A DNA stretch of 64,000 nt from positions 1-64,000 of the forward strand of contig JAQGDQ010000967.1 of NCBI GenBank assembly GCA_030141605.1. Reading direction: 5' to 3'. A program made the position numbers and the translations under genes. Shown piece by piece: positions 48,801-60,800 of this stretch. Source of the DNA: Tubiluchus corallicola. Lineage: Eukaryota; Animalia; Priapulida. The first letter of the stretch is position 1. Each line of letters opens with the position of its first letter. The notes beneath the pieces were generated by a model. That model was not told the DNA's origin and searched no databases. It saw nothing but the letters and a program-made list of their open reading frames with translations.

Positions 48801-51800
48801 GTAGTAATGATGTGCACAAATCGGATGCAAAAAAAATCGTTATCAGGTCCTACTGTACTTGACTCCTTGATCAAACTGCATGTGGCCCACAGGAATTGTG
48901 GGAATGTTTAATGTGGCCCGGCTAGTCAGATAATTTGCACACCCCTGATTTACAATGTAGGTAGAAATTAAAGTAAAACTGAAAGAAAAGTGCTATAGAG
49001 TAAAGAATAAGTTTTAAATGAGTTTATTTTATTAGTATGGAGTTTTCAAAATTATTGTCGTTTGCGTGTTTTTACATACTGGTTCTTGTTTATTACGAAA
49101 ACGAGGTGCTCATGCGTATGAGAAACCTTTGTGTCTAATCAGAGACGTCAGGGCAATAAGTTGCCATGCAAAGGTGTGCCATGTTGCTTGATTTTACCAC
49201 AGTGACTATAAACTTTGACGTTTTTGCAATTTGTCATTCTCATTGCTGTGATTGTAAGCTACTCATATTTCTCCCTCTTTTCACAGGTACGTCAGAAGCT
49301 CAGGCTCCCGTGCCTCCGAGTCCTGCGACGCCGGGACAGAACTTTACTAGTGCACAAAATTGTAACTTCGAGCAAAGCTCTTTGAACAGTGCAAATCTTA
49401 CTCAACAAAACTGTGCTCCTCAGCTACACTTGACTCGTATGCAACACGACGCCGCGCCGTGTGCTGAGAAGGACAAGAAGCAGCGCAAGTCTAAGAAGAA
49501 ATCCGAGTTGGAAGTTTTGGCGGAGTGGTACATAAAAGACACGACGAAATCGCGGCGACGGACCGTGGCCAGTTACGACGAGAACGCAATCGAAGCCGAC
49601 ATGTTGAACAGAAATTACGTAGAGCCGGCTAAGATTTCGTTGAAACGTCAGTCGTCGGGGTCCGAAGCTCGTGTGATGCTGCAACCGCTGAGCGAATCGG
49701 TGAGTTTCTATGTGTGTAATTAAACTTTGCTAAGCTAATTCAAATGCTTGAATGGTAGGAGTACTAGAAAGCGAATTCAAATCGAATTGAATTTATGACT
49801 TTCGAACACAAATCACGCCCAATTTCGAGATTTTGAATCATTAACAAAAAGCTATTTTGCAAAGATACTGCATATTGCTCGACTTTATGACTTTCGAACA
49901 CAAATCACGCCCAATTTCGAGATTTAGAATCATTAATAAAAAGCTATTTTGCAAAGATGCTGCATATTGCTTGATTTTGTTCTGCGGTTGACAATTGTTC
50001 GCAAGAAATGGCAACTAAATTTTGACGATTGTCTGCTTTTTCATGATTAGTGATCAAGAATGTACATAGCTGAAGTGCTGGTTCATTTGAATCCAATAAT
50101 TTCACGTTCGAGTCGAAATCGGGCGTTCGAAATTCATGCTTACCGCTACTTGGAGAAAATAAACTATTGTTTTCAGAAAACCTTTTTTATGCGCGTTGTA
50201 ACGCATCTAGATTTCCGCGAATGTCTGTTAGTTTAATAACATTTCGTTGCAAAGGAAAAAAGTTTATTGCTTTCGTATGAATAAACAATAGCAGCTGTAT
50301 GTTTAGCTAAGAAAAGTTAAGTTTTTTTAATAAAACCTGTATCATTTAAATACAATGCCACAAGAAGACAAAATATTGTACCTGAAATGTAAAAATATCT
50401 AATCTTACTTTATAATCTAAAATACTTTGTGTTCGAAATTACGTAATTCTAGTTTTCTTCGCGTAAAAATGTGTAATGCTTGCTGTTATCTGAAAATTTT
50501 TTAATTTCTACTTATTTATGTGCGAATCTTGATTTATATTGCAAATATAATTTGATATGTGAGTGTACGCTGTACGTGTGTTTTTATAAACGTGGGTATA
50601 ATATGTGGATACGGTACGTATGATTTTTAAATTAATTTATTATAACACTGAAATACATTTTTATGCTTTGGCGTGTAGTAAATGAATCTCAATCTTTTTC
50701 GCTGTCGTGCTAACACACCACAAGCACTTAGTTGCAGATGCGATGTTCTTTATATAGGATCGACTTGTGATTTTTGCGTGAATAATAGCGAGTTGCGTGT
50801 TGCATGGCTTGTGGTGCTGACAAAAGTCATTAGCAACAAGTTCATGTTGCTTTAGTGTTGGATTGCTGTTCTGTTGCACGCTTGATGTTCTGTTTCCGTC
50901 TAACAGCCAAGTTAATACTTTTTTATCGCTCACCCAACCAGGAATTTTATCATTTTTTTGTGCGTTCATATACTTACTTGTCGCTGTCATATAAAAGCGT
51001 TTTTTTTATTTATTTAAAATGTAAAACGCAATGATTATTGTAACGGCGCATCTTTCTGGGAACGCAGGCCGCAGCCTCGTTTTTCCACGGCTAACTCTCG
51101 GCCCGTAGGTGATAACATGATCTATTCTTCTTGTTCATCAGTCACACTTAAGAACAAGAGTTCAGCATCACATCCAGATCACTAGATCCAGTAATTTTTA
51201 ATGGATGCGGATCTGGCAAAAAAGTTTGTGGGATTTTGCGCTGTTTGTATTTCTGTTCTTCCATGCGTAAGACTTCCGATCGTGAAAAAATTTGATGAGA
51301 ATTAATATACATAGCAGTTCAATTACCCAAATGGTCTCATTTTTATTAAAGAATGCGAAGGATTTCTCTTAAAATCTTCAGAAATTTACGAAAGAAGTTT
51401 TTATGCCGCCATGCTTTTAGCACAAACAATACCAGCAACCTTTGCACTGTGGTTGCTATCAACGAGTAGTGCGCAAAGATTGCGCTATTGCCGCAAAAAT
51501 GTCTGCTGAAAGTTTAGAGCCGTCTACATCCAACAAATACAGTTGTTTAAGAGAAAATGTTTTCCTAGCGTGTTTGTGAAGTTCAGATACGAGTGATGTG
51601 GATGTGATACGAGTGATGTGGATGTGATACGAGTGATGTGGATGTGATACGAGTGATGTGGATGTGATACGAGTGATGTGGATGTGATACGAGTGATGTG
51701 GATGTGATACGAGTGATGTGGATGTGATACGAGTGATGTGGATGTGATACGAGTGATGTGGATGTGATACGAGTGATGTGGATGTGATACGAGTGATGTA

Positions 51801-54800
51801 GATGTGATACGAGTGATGTGGATGTGATACGAGTGATGTAGATGTGATACGAGTGATGTAGATGGACAAATAGGCTGTTTAGAAACTGGTTTGTTCTGCA
51901 CTAAAATCTTGTTTCGTTTACTCCAGGATCGGATATTGGCCAAGAGACACGCTTCGCTTTTAGTTGCCAAATCCGGCGGACCGACCAAGCGGCGTGATCT
52001 GTACAGCGTGCAAAAGGAGCATCGATCGCGAATGCGCCTCTCCGCCTTCGACGACGACGATTACGACAACGACTGGAGTCCTACCGGCAAGATTAAAAAG
52101 AAAAGTAAGACTGTACGACAATTCCTGATGGAAAATGTGTCTCATTCGTGTAAATTACTTTGCAGCGTCATTTTTAGACGGCCATTTTTGGACATGTTAA
52201 CGATAACGATAACGATACGGCAATTATCGTATTTAGTTATTTGCATTTATCATTATTGTACATATCGGTGATGTAACGGATACGAGAAAACATCTTAGGT
52301 TGCATAGTTGTTTATTCTAAACAAAGAAAACAAATAAACAAATAATAGAAACAAATTACACAGAAAATTTAAAGCAAACGTGCGATTGTCTGACATACTG
52401 AAACTTACAATATGAAAATAAAGCTGTCGTAATGGAAAATACAATATTAAAAAGTACAGAAAGTAATTTATACTGCAAATGGCTATTGTCTGACATACTG
52501 AAACTTACAATATGAAAATAAAGCTGTCGTAATGGAAAATACAATATTAAAAAGTACAGAAGGTAATTATCTGCAACAATATGAAAATAAAGCTGTCATA
52601 ACGGAAAATATGATATTAAAAAGTACAGAAAGTAATACATGCTGCCAATATTCTGTAGCACTAAATCAACAAAAACCTTTTCTAGACTAATTACATTTCC
52701 TGCCACACTGTCTAATTACGTTTCTAAGTTACTAAACACAATTCAAATTACTTAATTATATATAATTATTGCTTACATCATTGCATCGGTCTTGAGACAA
52801 ACAAGTTAAGGTTCGGGTGCACTAACAGTAGAAAATTAAATAACTAGCAAAAAAATACCAATGTAAATACATCTCACACGCACTACTGACAACCAAAACG
52901 TTCCTGTATATTCAAACCACCAATAATACCTACTGTTTAAAACGCATTGAGCCAGTGAACCAAGACAAAGGGTGCAAAAATCATTGACAAACGATACGCA
53001 ATCTTAAGGCGCGACATTTACTGACGCGTCTGTTACAGATGTTATCTATGAATATCATTATGATGTTATCTATGAATATCATTATGATGTTATCTATGAA
53101 TATCATTATGATGTTATCTATGAATATCATTATCATAGCAAATTCAATGCGTTGTTCTGCTTATCAGTCAATTTTATCAAATCATTTTACTTTCCCTTTT
53201 CATTTATGTGCAGGAGTTGTTCAGAATAAAATAAAAATTAGAGTTATTTTTTGAGTTGTACCTCCAAAGGTTGTTTGAATAATTTGCTTTGCTGCCCTGA
53301 TAGCGACATTCGGATTAATCACACAGGAATGTCAAGTGCGGAATTTTTACAGGTGTTTTCCCCAGTTATGTATAGACAGTACTACTCCCATATATAAGTA
53401 TCAATAATAGATACAATGCATACAAACAATTTCAATTTTGAAATATACAAAAAACAAGACATACAAACAATTTCAATTTTGTAATATGCAAAAAAAAAGC
53501 AAGACACAATTTCAATTTTGAAATATAATGACACTATATACAAACAAAACAATTACTAATAAAACAAATATTATTACATCTTCCTGTTGTATCTTATAAT
53601 CTGAAAAACAGATTATCAATATCGTATCTTGTCGTTGGAAAAAAGTATCGTATCTTATCTCCAAATTTGTATCGTTTAACATCCTTAGATATTTTCCCTT
53701 TTTGTGATGGGTAAACGATTCTCTATTGAGTTGCGATTCGATATTTGTTTTACATTTCTTCCCTAATACAGGGTTCGCACGATCAGGGAAAGTCCTGGAA
53801 AGTCCTTGAAATTAGAGGCAGGCTATCCTGGGAAAGTCAGGAAAAAGATAATTTGATATAAAAGTCGGGGGGGAAAAATGTTGAAAATGGGGCAAAAAGT
53901 CAGAGAAATTGGAAAGGGTTGCAAAAATAATCACCGGGAATTGATATTTTTCCAAACATATTTTTGAGTGATTCGTGTCCAAATAGAATTTTGCTACGGC
54001 AGGTTCCCAGATTCAATTTCTGTTCCAAAAATCACGATTGGCCGACACATTATATATCAGTACACGTATGAATGTCCATACACAAAAATGTTTGAATACG
54101 TATACTGGTAATGAAATTTCTGCTTATCTTGGTCATGGAAAATCAATATTTGGTCAGGGAAAAGTCAGGGAAATTTATTTTAAAATTTTGTGGGAATCCT
54201 TCTAATAACTCATCCAGTAAAGTGTTTTTTGTGCATCCCCGTTTTTCGTACTGGACAGAATAAATTTCGTGTCAGTTTTTTGCATTTACAATATCTGAAA
54301 TTCATTCATTGCCATGGCAGCAACCAGTCAGTAGCCGTGTTCTTTGTTAAATCGTTAATGTAAATAATTTTACAGACAAGAAGCGAAAGTACGAGGACGA
54401 CGATTCGCCGGTAGCTCCGTGGGAACAATCCAACTTTTACACGACGTTGAGCGAAAGGGTTAAACGTAGAAAGCGGGCCGTGGTCGACGAAGAGGGACAC
54501 AGTAGCGGAGGCGAAAGCTTCTGTGCTGCCCCTATTGGCTGTAAGTAACTTTCTGTAACAAAGGGCATGTTTTGAGTTTGCAAAAAGTTTGACGGGGCAA
54601 ATTTTTGCACAAAATACTTGATTAAAGAAAGATTTGACCCAGTCTAAAACTGTTTGCAATATTCAAAATATGGAAACGGAGCATGCTTTTTTTAAAGAAT
54701 GACTTGCCGGAAAGAATTAGACTGGCACTAGCACCTGCATTTTGCCGTTTGCTAGTTAGACGGGCACTAGCGCCTGCATTTCGCCATTCGTTAGTTAGGC

Positions 54801-57800
54801 GGGCACTAGCGCCTGCATTTCGCCGTTCGTTAGTTAGACGGGCACTAGCGCCTGCATTTCGGCGTTCGTTTGTTAGACGGGCACTAGCGCCTACATTTCG
54901 GCGTTCGTTTGTTAGACGGGCACTAGCGCCTACATTTCGCCGTTCGTTAGGTAGACGGGCACTAGCGCCTACATTTCGCTATTCGCTAGGTAGACGGCCA
55001 CTAGCGCCTGCATTTCGCCATTTGCTAGTTAGACGGGCACTAGCGCCTGCATTTCGGAAATGCACTGCACAAAAACAGGTGCTGTACTTTTCAGTTCAGA
55101 TGTGTTATTTGTGACATTGTGCATGCGTTTCACAGCTCATGCTTGAACATCACGGAAAACTTGAAATTTGAATTTTTATTTTAAAACTTGCCTAGTTTTA
55201 GTATAAGACACTGAATTTCTTACAGTAGCACTGTACTTCAATTTTCTCTTTCGCAAACACGTGCAACACGCTCGTGGAATATTTTTGCTGTTGAAAATTA
55301 TGTTAGTTTGTGATGTCGTCAATAGTTGGACTCGCCCGTTGTTAATTAAGTTCTTAATCTATTACTTAATTATCAGAAATGCTTTTGCAGTATTAATTGT
55401 GTTAAAATGTATACTTTTTATCGGACTTGAAAATGGGGTATTATATGAAAAATCAAAGCGTCTGCTGCATCAGTTCACTAACTTCAATTGTTTTATATGG
55501 ACTTTACTTAATTATGCATTAGTCTATGCGTAGAGTGATTTACTAGCAGGATCTTGCTTGATAACAAGAAAAAATGAACTAGGCAAGGTTCTAGCTAGCT
55601 GTTAAAACTGTTACTATTACAGTAGCATGGGCTGTGAGGTGTTGACAAATGCGTTGTCTGGTACACTTAACCTTTGACCTTTTCACGATCATCAATCACT
55701 GGACAAGAACTTTGCCAACGAAAATTTGATTTTTTTTTGGAAACAGTTAATTTACCTGATTAATTGGTTTTTGCAAGACTGAACCTGCAGCTAGCGGCTT
55801 TAACAAAAGAAACCCGATTTTTCATCTTGTTTTTGCACTTTTGCTGTCAGAGGAAATGCGGTTGCTATGGTGATGTTCTTGCACTTGCTAACCATTGTGT
55901 TTCGTAACTTTACAGTGCCGAAGAAGAAGAAGAAGAAAGGGCACAGAGAAAGTGAGAAAGCTCTTACGGCCGAAGGTAAGTAAACAGTGTAGACAGGGAT
56001 GTTACCGAAACTAAAATTACTGTTTATCATTTATTGTTTATTTATTTCACACAAAACAAATACGTAATTAATACATTAAAAGAAACAGAAAATTATCAAT
56101 AATTCAATGCATAACAGTAATAATTGCAGAAAAAAAATTAGTATTTGACCAAATTTTTGATGCGTTGTACTTTGAAGCTTCATAACATAGTTTTAACTCT
56201 GCAGACTTGTTGATGGCTTTAGTTTTCAAGCTCAAAAATTAGACATATGCTGCTTAGCTGCTGTAATATAATGTTTTTGATACTCCATCTAGTGATGGGC
56301 GATTGCGAAATTTTCTAATTCGATTACAATCTTGTTCCTGTAATTCGATATCACGATTTTAATCTTTTGCATTAATTTTTTTTTTGGTTTTTATCCATGT
56401 TCTGCAAACATTGCAGCATTTGCAGCGGTGAAATAGACTTCATGGGTTTCAACACTGTCTGCCATTTTCATACAAACTACATTTATAAACACGTACATTC
56501 AATAACTACTCTATTACTATGTGAATTACACACGTCATGTGAAAGCGAATAAGAAGCCCCGGTTTGCAACACTGTGGTTTGCAATTGTGCGCATTGTGTA
56601 AGGTGAGAAAAACGAAGAAGAAAAAATCCAAGAATTCCGTTTATTTGTGTTAAAATTCTGCCTTTCAGTCGGTGTGTAACGCGTATATTTTGCTCTTGAT
56701 TAACTGAATTACTGTTCAATGGCCGATATATCATTTTATACGTGGCTGTTAATCGCCCGTCACTGTGCCCCCTTGACCACTTGATGAAGCCAACCGCATA
56801 GATGCTTTCTCAGTAGTGAGATGCTATTTACTGTTGCCGGCATTTTCTTTCCGTCCAACACTTTTCACATGTCATTTTCTCGTTTGCCCGCAGAGCTGAT
56901 GGACACGGGAACGTTCCGTAAGTTCAACCATGCAATGGAAGCCGTGTTTGATAGCATAGATGAAGTGGACGTTGCAGTCGATCAGGGTAAGTCCGTGTTT
57001 GATAGCATAGATGAAGTGGACGTTGCAGTCGATCAGGGTAAGTCCGTGTTTGATAGCATAGATGAAGTGGACGTTGCAGTCGATCAGGGTAAGTCCGTGT
57101 TTGATAGCATAGATGAAGTGGACGTTGCAGTCGATCAGGGTAAGTCCGTGTTTGATAGCATAGATGAAGTGGACGTTGCCGTCGATCAGGGTAAGTCCGT
57201 GTTTGATAGCATAGATGAAATGGACGGTGCAGTCGATCAGGGTAAGTCCGTGTTTGATAGCATAGATGAAGTGGACGTTGCAGTCGATCAGGGTAAGTCC
57301 GTGTTTGATAGCATAGATGAAATGGACGGTGCCGTCGATCAGGGTAAGTCCATGTTTGATAGCATAGATGAAGTGGACGTTGCAGTTGATCAGGGTAAGT
57401 CCGTGTTTGATAGCATAGATGAAGTGGACGTTGCAGTTGATCAGGGTAAGTCCGTGTTTGATAGCATAGATGAAGTGGACGTTGCCGTCGATCAGGGTAA
57501 GTCTGTGTTTGATAGCATAGATGAAGTGAACGTTGCCGTCGATCAGGGTAAGTCCGTGTTTGATAGCATAGATGAAGTGAACGTTGCCGTCGATCAGGGT
57601 AAGTCCGTGTTTGATAGCATAGATGAAGTGGACGTTGCAGTCGATCAGGGTAAGTCCGTGTTTGATAGCATAGATGAAGTGGACGGTGCAGTCGATCAGG
57701 GTAAGTCCGTGTTTGATAGCATAGATGTCGTGTTGCGACGATGTAACTAGTACTTGATGTGGTTGTTCAAACTATGCTGAAATTTTACTGCTTGGGTATT

Positions 57801-60800
57801 CAACTGTTTACTGTTTTGTGTTTGTATTATATTATATTATATTATATTATATTATATTATATTATATTATATTATATTATATTATATTATATTATATTAT
57901 ATTATATTATATTATAATATATTATATTATATTATATTATATTATATTATATTATATTATATTATATTATATTATATTATATTATATTATATTATATTAT
58001 ATTATATTATATTATATTATATTATATTATATTATATTATATTATATTATATTATATTATATTATATATTACATTATATTATGTTATATTATATAGCAAT
58101 GTCAGTGAAGTTTGTACTGCTTTTCTAATTTGTGGCATCCTGCTCTGTGTTAAAGAATCTATCACTTGCTGTAATTAACTCAACATGAACTGTGTGTTGC
58201 AGAAGACGATGACGCATGTCCGCCGGAGATTGTGATATCAAGATCCGCGTTACACGATCTGGTACACGAAGCTGCCAAACTAAAAGCCATGGGCGTCATG
58301 GACTCTGTAAGTGGACGTGTTCCGTCTTGCACGCTTATCAGAGTGTTACGGCTTCGTTACCGAGTAACTTGTGTCGTTTGTTAGTTGTACCACCGTATAG
58401 TTGTGACCTTTGACCTTTGCTTACCTTCTAGTGTGCCTTGGGCAACTTCGTTCTTTCCTTTTTTGTTATTGTCACAGGGTTCCCACGGTCAGGGAAAATC
58501 CTTGAAAATACAGGCTATCCTGTTCAAATAAAATTTTGCTATGACAGGCTCCCAGTTTCAATTTTTGTTCCAAAAATAATGATTGGCCGACACATTATAT
58601 ATCAGTACATGTATGGATGTTCATACACAGAAATGTTTGAATATGTATGCTACCATGTTTAGATCTTTCCCTTTAAAGTGTAAACAAGAGTTCAGAAAAA
58701 AGAATGCTCTAAAATATTGAAAACTACAATAGCCTTTTTTAAATCAACGCTTAGTGCTTGACGCACAAGGGAAGATGCCTGTCATTGCACAAACTGTGGT
58801 TAGTTTCTGACATAAGCAATAGCTGTGTTCAGTTGCCATTAATTAACTTTCTAAGCTAATTATTCAAATATAAGGAACAATTGTTAACTTTGATAGGCAA
58901 GAAAATGTATATTTTGGACAGTAAATTAAAATGAGATTGACTCTAAACAATCGTCCGGTTTTCCTTTAAAGAAACTTGAACCGTATTTTCGCCAAAATTA
59001 TAATTTCACATTTGCTAACGTATCCTACTATTCCTGCATTTGAGAATTGCTTATCTGTCGTCGTGGCAACTAGCTTAAGAGTCTCTGTGTGTTACAGATA
59101 AGTACGTCACGCTTAGTGAAGTTATTAGTGATACTAGAACGGAACATTCGTGATGCAGCTCGGCTCTTGCTAAGCCTGGGTGATGTGAGTATGAAGTTCA
59201 AATTGTTCAATTTCAAACTCATTCTTCAAACCTTGTTCAATTTAAATGTTTTTTTACTCTACGTATGTAATGTTTTGAACAGGAATCTTTCAAGCTCATT
59301 GTTCAAACTTCGTTCAATTTAAATGTTTTTTTTACTCTACAGATGTAATGTTTTGAACAGGAATCTTTCAAGCTCATTGTTCAAACGTTGTTCAATTTAA
59401 ATGTTTTTTTTACTCTACGTATATAATGTTTTGAACAGGAATCTTTCAAGCTCATTGTTCAAACGTTGTTCAATTTAAATGTTTTTTTACTCTACGTATG
59501 TAATGTTTTGAACAGGAATCTTTCAAGCTCATTGTTCAAACGTTGTTCAATTTAAATGTTTTTTTTACTCTACGTATATAATGTTTTGAACAGGAATGTT
59601 TCAAGCTCATTGTTCAAACGTTGTTCAATTTAAATGTTTTTTTACTCTACATATGTAATGTTTTGAACAGGAATCTTTCAAGCTCATTGTTCAAACGTTG
59701 TTCAATTTAAATGTTTTTTTACTCTACGTATGTAATGTTTTGAACAGGAATCTTTCAAGCTCATTGTTCAAACGTTGTTCAATTTAAATGTTTTTTTACT
59801 CTACATATGTAATGTTTTGAACAGGAATCTTTCAAGCTCATTGTTCAAACGTTGTTCAATTTAAATGTTTTTTTACTCTACATATGTAATGTTTTGAACA
59901 GGAATCTTTCAAGCTCATTGTTCAAACGTTGTTCAATTTAAATGTTTTTTTACTCTACGTATGTAATGTTTTGAACAGGAATCTTTCAAGCTCATTGTTC
60001 AAACGTTGTTCAATTTAAATGTTTTTTTACTCTACATATGTAATGTTTTGAACAGGAATCTTTCAAGCTCATTGTTCAAATATTGTTCAATTTAAATGTT
60101 TTTTTACTCTACATATGTAATGTTTTGAACAGGAATCTTTCAAGCTCATTGTTCAAACGTTGTTCAATTTAAATGTTTTTTTACTCTATGTATGTAATGT
60201 TTTGAACAGGAATCTTTCAAGCTCATTGTTCAAATATTGTTCAATTTAAATGTTTTTTTTACTCTACGTATGTAATGTTTTGAACAGGAATCTTTCAAGC
60301 TCATTGTTCAAACATTGTTCATTTTAAATGGTTTTTTTACTCTACGTATATAATGCTTTGAACAGAATCTGTAAAGTTTGTTTTCATTTCCTGTTCCGTT
60401 TTCATCTGTTTACCAAAGATAATTACGACTTGGTTAATTACAGAACGACAACGAGGATGAAGAACTCGCTTGGCAAGAGATCATCATCGAGCGCGTGATG
60501 CGGAGTCAAAACGCAGCGCTGACCGCAATGTTCATAATGACGTCTCCCAACATGCCGAAACAGGTGAGCGTTTGTCATCAGTTTACACCTGGAGACATAG
60601 ACATAGAACATTTATTTTCTCTAATTAGTTTAACATCAAAAGTTTGTTAAATATTAAGTAATTATAATCATGGTGCAGGGCAGGGAAGGACCATAGGGTC
60701 ATCTGTTCTCCTGCCCATATTGAGAAGGGCAGCGAAGCACTATAGGGTCATCTAGTCTCCTGCCCACATGGAGAAGGGCAGTGAAGGACCAAAGGGTCAT

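Noticed and set aside
56821-57750. Independent 309-aa acidic repeat protein
   Set aside because: It is intron plus a NIPBL exon plus the donor echo array; there is no separate gene context.
57818-58096. IILYY-repeat membrane-like ORF; similar ORFs at 1064-1538, 5926-6246, 28988-29476, 51459-51988, 54683-55114 and 61570-62253
   Set aside because: Translations of micro- or minisatellites.
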